64,000 nt of DNA from Candidatus Eiseniibacteriota bacterium (lineage in GTDB: Bacteria > Omnitrophota > Gorgyraeia > 2-02-FULL-51-18): the NCBI GenBank assembly GCA_035496715.1, contig DATJEK010000095.1, positions 264-64,263 of the forward strand, read 5' to 3'. A program made the position numbers and the translations under genes. Below, piece by piece: positions 52,601 to 61,600 of the stretch (within the stretch, counting starts at the first letter, position 1; each line of letters begins with the position of its first letter). Below the pieces are notes generated by a model. It was not told the DNA's origin and made no database searches. It worked only from the letters and a program-made list of their open reading frames with translations.

Positions 52601-55600
52601 TTCGATCGTCGTGATCTGGTCCTGGAGGCCGAGCTCCTCGACGAGGCCCTTGATGCGGCCGAACATCGCGAGCGCCTCCGAGCCGAAAATGCGCCCGCCG
52701 ATGACCACGCGGCCGGCCTCGCGGCGGAACGCCTCCAGCTCCGACGGGTGGGCCTTGAGGTGCTCGAGCAGCTCGATCCATTTGTCGGGGCCCTTGTACG
52801 AAACCTGCCGGCGCACGTTCGAGACGATCGGCTGGGCGAGCAGGCGGTCCCGGACCTGGCCGAAGCGAGCCTCGATGTCCGCCCACCGGGCGTCGTCGCC
52901 CGAAGCCGAGGCTTCGGCGACCGCCTTGCGGAATTCGGCGAGCACGGCCTCCGCGTCGGCGACGCCGGCCATCGTGCTGTCGAGCCAGCGCCCGTTTTTC
53001 TGCTCATCCCTCATCCACACGAGGAACTGCGCGACGTACGAGGCGCTCACGAACTCGCTGCGGCGCGTGAATTCGTCCTTCAGCGCGGCGTTGACCGGGT
53101 CCTTGAACGCCGCGGCCAGCGCGGCGTCCGTCGCCTCGTCCTCCCAGGCCTCGACGGGCAGGCCCAGTTTCTTCTTGTAGTAGCTGAGGATCTGCCGCCG
53201 CTCGGCCGCGCGCCAGTGCTCGACCAGCGCGCCGTTGGTGCTGCGCATGCCGTCCTGGTTCCACCCCTTCAGTTTGTTCACGTGCGCGGCCAGGATGTCG
53301 CGCGCGAGCACCGGCAGGTGCTCGTAGATGCCGACGCCGGTCAGGACGTTGGCGTCCATGGCGACCGCGTCGACGACGTTGATCTTGCCTCCCTGCACGA
53401 CGTAGGGGCGCTGGTATTCGGGGTAACCCAGCATCTCGAACGACGCCGCGTCCGGCTGGTACAGGCCGGGGCGGAACACCGTGTGGTTGATGTGCAGGCG
53501 CACGGAATCCGGGAAAAGCGGGGTCGGCATGCTGACGAACACCTCGTTGTCGACGAACACGACCTCGTCCTTGATCGCCTTCTTTTCCTGGAGGCGCTTG
53601 ACCAGCGTCTGGCTGGCCAGCGCGTACACGCCCATGTGCACGTCGCGCCAGAGGTACGAATAGTCGTTGCCGCCGTCGGCGTCGGGATAGACCTCGTCGA
53701 AGACGGGCCGGAGCACCTGCCCCTGGGGACCTTCCGCCACGAAATGCGCGTCGATGTAGTAGATCGGAGTCCCGAACGGCGTCTCGGTCCGGTAGACCTG
53801 CACGCGGATCTCGCGGTCGACGATCTCGCGCGACTTGCCCTTGGCCTTGGCGCGGAAGTCGTCCCCGATGTTGAGCCGGATCGTGAAGCTGAGCTCGGGG
53901 TCGGGCTTGCCGAGCGCCTCGCGCGTGTAGTCGCCGAGCGACTTTCTGCCGCTGCGGACTTCTTCGGGAAGGTCTTCGGGGCGGATGAACGGCTGCCCCT
54001 TGATCGTGTCGTAAATGGGGTTGATGGAGATCGCGTCGATGCCGTTTTTCTTCCAGGCGTTCACGAGGTCGAACATCAGGGCGCCGAGGCCGCCGGTCAG
54101 CGTCGTCTGCGTGACGAACCGGGTGATCGCGCGGTAGAGGCGGACGAACGGCGCGAACACGCCGCGGGGTTCGGGCCGCGGCAGGGATTTCTCGCGGATC
54201 CGCTTGATCAGCTCGAGGTCCATCCCCTGCTCGAACTGGCGGGTGACGAGCGTCGAGCGCTTGAGGAGCGGCGTGAAGTAATCGACCCACGGCGCCAGAC
54301 GCGCGCCCTCGACGAGACCGCGGCTCGGCGCGCGGGTCTCCCGCGCGACCACCTCTTCGATCGCCCGCGAGACGATCGAGGAGCGGGGCGCCTCGGGCGC
54401 GGAGGCCAGGCGCGCGGCGGCCACGCGGACGCCCGTGTCGATCTGGTGGCGGATCTCGCTCGAGGCGGACCACTCGTTGATCTGGCGCGTCGTCTGGGGG
54501 CGGAAGTCGGGCCTCGCGAACGGCCCCAGGCCGAGCGCGTTTCCGGCGTGATCGGCCCGCGTGAGAGCCTGCGAGCGGGCGGCGACGAGAGTCTCCACGT
54601 TCGCCGGCGTGACGGCGCCGAGCTCGGGGGTCTGCAGCCCGCCGGCGGTGGCGCGCGCCCGTGCGGCTCGCTGCTGGCGGTCCCGTCCGCTCTGCGTGCT
54701 GAAGACGTAGCCGAACGTGCGGCGGATCACGAAGAACGATTTGCCGAGCACGAAGAGAGGCGAATACCGGAAGCCGCTCATGAGGCCGTCACGGTCCCGG
54801 AACGCGCTGAACGAGTACATGCCCGAAAGGAACGCGAACGAGGTCAGGAGATACGGCAGGAGGATCGCCGGCCCGAACGGCGTCATCATGACGAACGCGA
54901 TCATCCACGAAAGCACGCCGGCGAAACCGACGAGGCTGTTGAGCGGGATGCCGCGGGCGCCGAAGAACGGGATCCCGCGGAAGATCATGAGCTCGTCGAA
55001 GCGCTGCTCGTCATCCCAGGACCGCAGGAACGCCTCCTTCACGGTGCGGAGGAACGAGAACATTTCCTTCGAAGCCAGCATGACGCCGCGGAAGAAGAAC
55101 GGGATCAGGAACACGTAGAACGGCAGCGCCGTGATCAGGTCCTTGCCCGCGAGGTAGAACGCCTGCCAGAAGCTGCCCGACTCGCGCCAGTGCCGGGTGA
55201 AATTGTTGGTGTTGATGGCCTCCATCAGGATGAAGCTCGACCCGACGAAGAAAAAGAACGGCTTCAGGAACGCGAACGCCGAGAACGGCGAGAGCACCGG
55301 AAGCAGGATGAGGAGCGTCAGGGCGAACGGCGCGATGAAATAGTGGAACCAGAGGAAAATGTGCGTGAGCTTCACGCTCGCCGGGACGTTCGGGTTGTAG
55401 AAGACCGCGAACGAGCCGCGGTCCATCATGAACCGCGTGACGTTGAACGAGTAGCGCATCTCGGTCGTGACGAGCGACTCGGCCAGGAGCGACGGACGTC
55501 CCCAGCGGTACGTGAACCAGTCGATCTGCGTGCCGGTGTAGAAGACGCCGTACCGGTTCGCCGAGCGCTGCAGCATGAGCAGGCCCTCGGAGTCTTCGCC

Positions 55601-58600
55601 GGGCGGCGAGAACGGCCCGATCGTCTGCGGGATGCCCATGTACTTGCCGTAATCCAGGAGCTTGCCGCGCAGCGCCCGCTGGACGTCGGTGGTCCAGACC
55701 ATCTGCGCGATCGCGTAGATCTTGGTCGCCGGGAACGAGTCGGAGGTGCTCGCCCAGATCTTCATCATCGGGTTGATGGCGGCCAGGTTCGGCTGGCGCT
55801 GGCGGCTGTTCATCGAGGCCCAGGTCGAGCGGAACACGTGCTGGCCGTGCTCGTTCATGACGTGCGCGTCGTAATCGACGGTCGTGCCGTAGAACTCGGC
55901 GAGGTTCAGCGCGATGCCCTGGTGCTTGCCGGGGTAGTTGTTGAGGAAGTTGTCCGCCGCGAAATTGTGGAACGCCACGCGGACGTTGTTCTGGCCGGCC
56001 TTGCGGTAGGTGAGCGCGCTCTGGGTCAGCGTGTTGAGGCGCTCGCGCACGTCCGCGGCGTTGACGAGCGTCGCGTCGGGTCCGCGGCCCAGGAGCTCGA
56101 CCATCCGCACGAGACGCTCGTTGTTGGCCTCTTTCCAGGCGAGAAACGCCTCGGACCAGGCCGCCATGCTGGCGAACTTCGCGCGCCGCGCGGCGTCGGT
56201 GACCGGCACGAACTGCGGGTTGAATTCGTTGAGCTCGTTGATGAGGCCGGTCACGGCCGGGCCCATCAGGCCGGCGGGGCCACCGAGGAGGGATCGCCGC
56301 ATCGGGTCGTCGGCCGGAAGCCGGTTGGCGTAGTCGGTCAGGATCTTGATGAGTCCCGTGTCGGCGGCGGGAGGCCCGGCGACCTGCAGGGGGCGCACGT
56401 CGGTGAGGTTCACGCCTCCGGCGGAGCCGCGGAAATTCCCCCAGAGCAGCGCGTCCTGGAAGATCGGCCGCAGCTTGAGGTCGATTTTCGCCTGGTAGCG
56501 CGCGTAGTTGTCGACGAACACCAGCTGGCCCGGGGACAGCGAGGCGCGCGGAAGCGCCGAAAGCGTGCGGTGGGCCTCCGCGAGAGACGTGTTCGAGGCC
56601 GCGATTTCGCGGACCGCGGCCTGATAAGCGAGATTGCCGGTCTCGAACGCGGCCAGGAGGTGATACTCGACGTAATCCTGCGCCATCGAATCCATCACGG
56701 CGTCGTTGTTGGGACGCATTTCGTTCATCCAGCCGAGGATGGCGCGGTAGACGACCTCGCGTTCCGACACGGTCAGGCCCGCGGTCGTGAGGAGCTCGAC
56801 GATGTTGGTCCGCTCGTTGACGTTCCGGAGGAGAACCGTGGCGCGGCGGACGTTGGCGGAAGGGTTGTGCGCGAGCGCGCTGTCGATGCCGACCAGGTTT
56901 TCCCATTCGGCGGGGTTCGTGCGCGCGACGTAGCCGGCCAGCGACGTCCGCCGGTCCGCGCCCGGCGGATCGGACGGCACGGCCGGGATCTCGTTGAACG
57001 TGCCCAGGACGATGCAGTTTTCGAGCGTGTGGCCGAACATTTCTCCGGCCGCCTGCACGTGCGTGGAGCTCGCCTGCAGGAGCGCCCAGACGTCCGGGAC
57101 GACTTTCTTCTGGCTCAGCGTGAAAAAGGTCATCTGCAGGAGGTCCAGCGCCTTCGCCGAGCGCGGACGCACGAGCCGCCCGTCGGGGGAGCCGCGAAGC
57201 GCGTCGCGCCACTGCTGCGCCTCGTCCTGCGAGAGCAGGTAGCGGCGCTCGAGAATGCCGACCAGGCGCTCGAGATACTCGGCGACCGACTCGCCGTTGG
57301 GGATCGGCGAACGGTGATTTTCTTCCACGTCCCGGAGCTCGCTCAGCCATTCCCCGAACTTGCCCTCCCAGAATTCGGGCAGGTCGCCGCGCGGCAGCGA
57401 ACGGAAGACGAGGTACACCGCGAGGCCGCCGATCACGAAGAGGACGGTGAACAGCGTGAATCCGACGGGGATCACCGCGAAGATGACGCCCAGCGCGCCG
57501 AGCAGATACAGCGGGACCGCCAGCTTCATGAAATGGGAGAAGAGCTCCGACGTCGGCACGCGGCTCGAGAACATCGCGCCGAGCAGGCCGCGGAACGGGT
57601 TCAGCGACCGCCAGCCGATGAGCGACCGGGCCGTGTCGCTCCAGAGCTCGCCGTTCAGCGCGAAATAGCTGCGCAGGCTCACCGCCAGGTGATAGAACGA
57701 AATGACCGTCACCGGATAGGTCAGGGCGAGGAGGATGACGGTGAACAGGAATCCCAGCGTGAACGCGCCCACGACCGTCACGCCGCTGAAGAGGAAGAAG
57801 ACGAGGAGGCCGCCGACGTAGACGGTGCTGGCGCCCATGATCACGCCGCCCCAGAAGAACTTCTCGTTCCAGGGCATGCTGGACCAGAGGATGGGCAGAA
57901 GCAGCGGCGCCACCAGGATCACGAGGATGCCGACCGCCAGGAGCTTCGGCGCCATCAGGATGATCGCGGCGCCCGCGGCGACCGTGAGACCCGCGGTCAC
58001 CAGGAATCCGATCTTCTGTCCCGTGCCCATGCCCCAGAATTTCCCGAGGGAAAAGAGCGGCTTGAGGAGCCTTCCGCCGTACAGCGCCCGAAGGCCGATC
58101 CCGGCGGGCCGGAACGCGAAGATCAGGAGCCCGAGGCCCGCGGCGACCACGAGCGTCGGCACGACGAGACCGCCGACGAACACCCCGATCGCGACGCCCG
58201 CGGCGGCGGTGACCAGGCCGAGAAGGAGCGGGATGCGGCGCACGCTCGCCGGCCGTTTCGTGGAGAGATCCGCCGCCGTGGCCTCCGGGTGATCGATGCC
58301 GGCCAGGCGGAGCGTCGTGCGCTTGTAAGCGGCGGCGATGTTGTTCTTTTCGTTGTCGTCGGCGCCGGTGGCGATCGCGCGCAGCTGCGCGGGCGTGCGG
58401 ACGCCGCCGCCGACGGTGGCGGCGATCTGCTGCTCGACGGTGAGCGCGGGGCGGCCGTCCCGGCGGGCCTTTTCGGCCTCGATCTGGACGGATTCGAAAA
58501 GGTCCCAGATGTCCAGGTCGATGAAAAGGTCCAGGAGCTGGATGCGGTCCAGGTCGCGGCGGATCACGTCGAGGATGTCTTCGACGGAGCGGCCGGCCGT

Positions 58601-61600
58601 GAGCGCGGCGTCGACCTGCGCGACGAGCACGTCGCGGCGGTTGCGGCCCAGGAGCGCGCCGCGCACGCCGTCGAGGACCTGCGCGCGCGTGAGCGCGCCG
58701 TTGCGGAGGATGCGGTCGATGTTGGTGAGGACCATCTCTTCCGCGGTGCTCCACTGGTCGCGGCCCGTCACCAGCTTGTAGCGGTCGAATTCCCGTTTCA
58801 CGATCGGCCCGAACGCGCCGTTCAGGTCGTCGACGGTCTGCAGCACTTCGGCGGGCGTGCGGCCGGCGGCGATCGCGGCGTTGGCCTGGCGGACGACGTA
58901 CATCGAAAACGGCCACATCGCGGCGAACTGGCCGATCGAATGGTTGCCGGTCTGCGACGGCGGGCGCTGGACGAGCTTCAGGAGGATGAATTCATTCAGG
59001 CTGACCGGCTCCACGGCGCGGTTGATCGGGTTCGGGTTGTAGACGATGTCCCCCGTGGCGGCCTGGCTCAGGAGCGTCGGGTTCTTCATGAGGTACGGCA
59101 GGAGCTCCGCCTGGGCCGACTGGAGGATATCCGCCTGCACCGCGGGGCTCACCTGCCCGGCGTAGCTTGCCGTCATCACGGCCGTCATCCTCGGCTCGAT
59201 GAAGCGGCGCGACACGAGAGCCTCCACGAACGTCGTCAGGCTCGTGTAACCGGCGGCCAGCGCCGTGATCTGGGCCATCGTCAGGATGCCGCTGTCGAGG
59301 AGGTAGCGGAGCGTGTTCGCCTCGGGCGTCACCGGCAGCGCGTCGACCCAGCGCTTCTTCGCGGCGTCGGACATGCCGGGGCGCAGGATGGCGGCGGTCA
59401 GGACCTTGTCCTGGGCCTTCTCGATGAGGATCTTCGTGACCCATCTCCACAGGAGATCCCCTTGGCGGCGGCCGCCGTCCGAAGCGGCCGTGACCGCGCT
59501 CTGCAGCTCGGCGTCCGAGATGAGCCGCGGCCCGCCGGTGGCGTCGATCAGGTCATAGAGGATGAGCGCCTGCGGATATTTGTTTTTCGCCCGCGCCATC
59601 CGCACGTCCACGGCCGCGTTGGCCGCCGTGAGGCGGGGCGCCGTCGGGTAGAGATGGGGATCCCTCTCCAGGTCGTCGAACGGATAGGTCGGAATCCTCA
59701 CTCCCACCGCCTGGAGCGGCCGTTTGAGATGCAGCGTGCTGCTCAGGAATCCGACGAGCTTCCCTCTCCAGGAGCGGCTGTACTGGTCGGCGTAGACGAG
59801 GCGGTCGACTTCGTCGTTCGAGAAGCCCAGCACGTTGCCGTAATGGTTCCGGATCAGGGCTTCGCGCTCCGCTTCGGGGATGTGGGGCCCCAGGACGAGA
59901 CCGGTGCCGAGCTCCTTGGCCATCACGAGCCTCTGGCCGGGATCGGCCGTCGCCAGGCGGGCGCCGAAAATGTTGCGGTTGGCGTCGGCCGCGTCGTTCG
60001 CCTCCGGGCTCTCGGCCTCCGGAGAGCGGCGCAGACGCCTGTATAAAGGAAACAGCGTCATGAGAAGCAGCGCCGCCCCGCCCATCCACCAGGCGTTGTT
60101 CATGGTCCAGATGAGGTAGTCCCGGCTGACGCGCTGGGGGCGGTCGTTCTCGCGCTCGACCGGGAGGGCGGTCCCCTCTTTTTCGATCTGGTTGAAAAGA
60201 TTTTCCACCTTGTCGCGGTCGATCGCGCCGACGCGTCCGGCGACCCATCCGGGAACGCCGTTGTAAAACTTGTCGTAAAGCATCTGCGTGAGCGTCAGGT
60301 CGTCCGGGTTCTGGGGGTTCATCACATGGATCGCGCTGATGCCGGCCTGGCCCTTCGACGTGATGCTCGCGACCAGCTCGCCGTTGCGGATGAGGTACGC
60401 CGAGGCGCCCTGGCCGCGAACCTCGGGGCTGAGGATGTGCTCGGAGATCAGGATGTAGATGTCGCCTTTCTTGCCGTACTCGCCCTTGTGGTCGACCCAG
60501 GTGCGCGTCGAGAATTCGCTGTAGATCGTCGCCGTCGGCGACCGGCGGTCGTAGTCGGTGCCCGTGAAATTGTAGACGTTGAGGAAGATGCCGTCGCGCG
60601 AGGTCTGCACGTACGGATACGGGGTGTTCGTCGCGTACTGCTTGCCCTCGGCGTTGTAGCGCACGCCGTACACTTCGTACACCGTGTGCGTCTGGTAGTT
60701 GTACACGACGATGCCGGGGTTGCGCTGCTCCGCCGCGCGGTCCGAGGGGATGACTTCGTACACGTACTCGCCCTTCGCCTGCTGGTGCTCCCGGAAGCGC
60801 GTGTTGCGGATGACCCGGTTGGGATCGCGGCTGACGTCGACGACGATTTCGCCCGGCGAGACCCCGAACGGCGCGTGGATGTCCTTGGCCTGCCACTTGA
60901 TGAAGCGCACGAAGCCCGAGCCCTCGACCGCCAGCGTCCGAACGAGCGGATCGTCGATGTCGACGTAGCGCGCGTCCATCGCGAACTCCGTCCCGTTGGC
61001 CTTCAAATACCGCGTGATGCGCGAAAGCCGCACGTCGTCGCGCACGGGCACGCCGTTGTCGCGGAGCTCCTGGACCACCGAGGCCGGCAGCCGCATCTGC
61101 GTCATTTTGTTCCCCTTAAACTGCTTCTCGAGCGCGGGAGATAGCGCGCGCTCCCCGACGAGCTGCGTCATCGCGACGGGGATCGGGTCGGCCTGGATGC
61201 GGAACACGAGTCCCTTCGAGAGCTCATAGCCGTTGGTGGCGTTCTCCTGGTTCCACCGCGTGTTGATCATGACGTTCGACTCGCGGTCCGAGGAGAAGAA
61301 GAGCACGATGCGCGCGAACGGGTCTTCCTTCACGCGGACGGTGTAGCTGGTGCCGCCGTTTTCCATGCGCACGGCGGTGACGACGAGCGTCAGCGGCCCG
61401 TTGACGGCCATGCTGCGGCGAAGCTCGGTGAGGCTCTCGTGCAGATAGGTCTTGGCCTCGGCCTTCTGGTTCGCGGGGATCTGGTTCGCCAGGTCGCGCA
61501 CGATCGGAGGAAGCGCCCCGTTTCCGTCGACGATCCAGTCGGCGTCGGCCGGGACCTGGTAGGGTGCCTCGTATTTGTAGGTCGTGCTGATCGCCCGCTC

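Larger units (their letters stand above)
43652..59965 (-). repeat. 7 GARL[A/S] motifs plus one AARLA variant in gene B
   Basis: Low coordinates: 59951, 54293, 50417, 48188, 45914, 45557, 43652; AARLA at 54404. Confidence 0.93.

Noticed and set aside
2035-59965. GARL repeats as CRISPR array or integron attC-like DNA repeats
   Set aside because: Spacing is irregular (12 nt to several kb), the nucleotides vary synonymously, and no cas or integrase gene is in the window.
45869-60046. 4725-aa plus-strand ORF opposite gene B
   Set aside because: Same antisense-shadow artefact; all recognisable motifs are on the minus strand.
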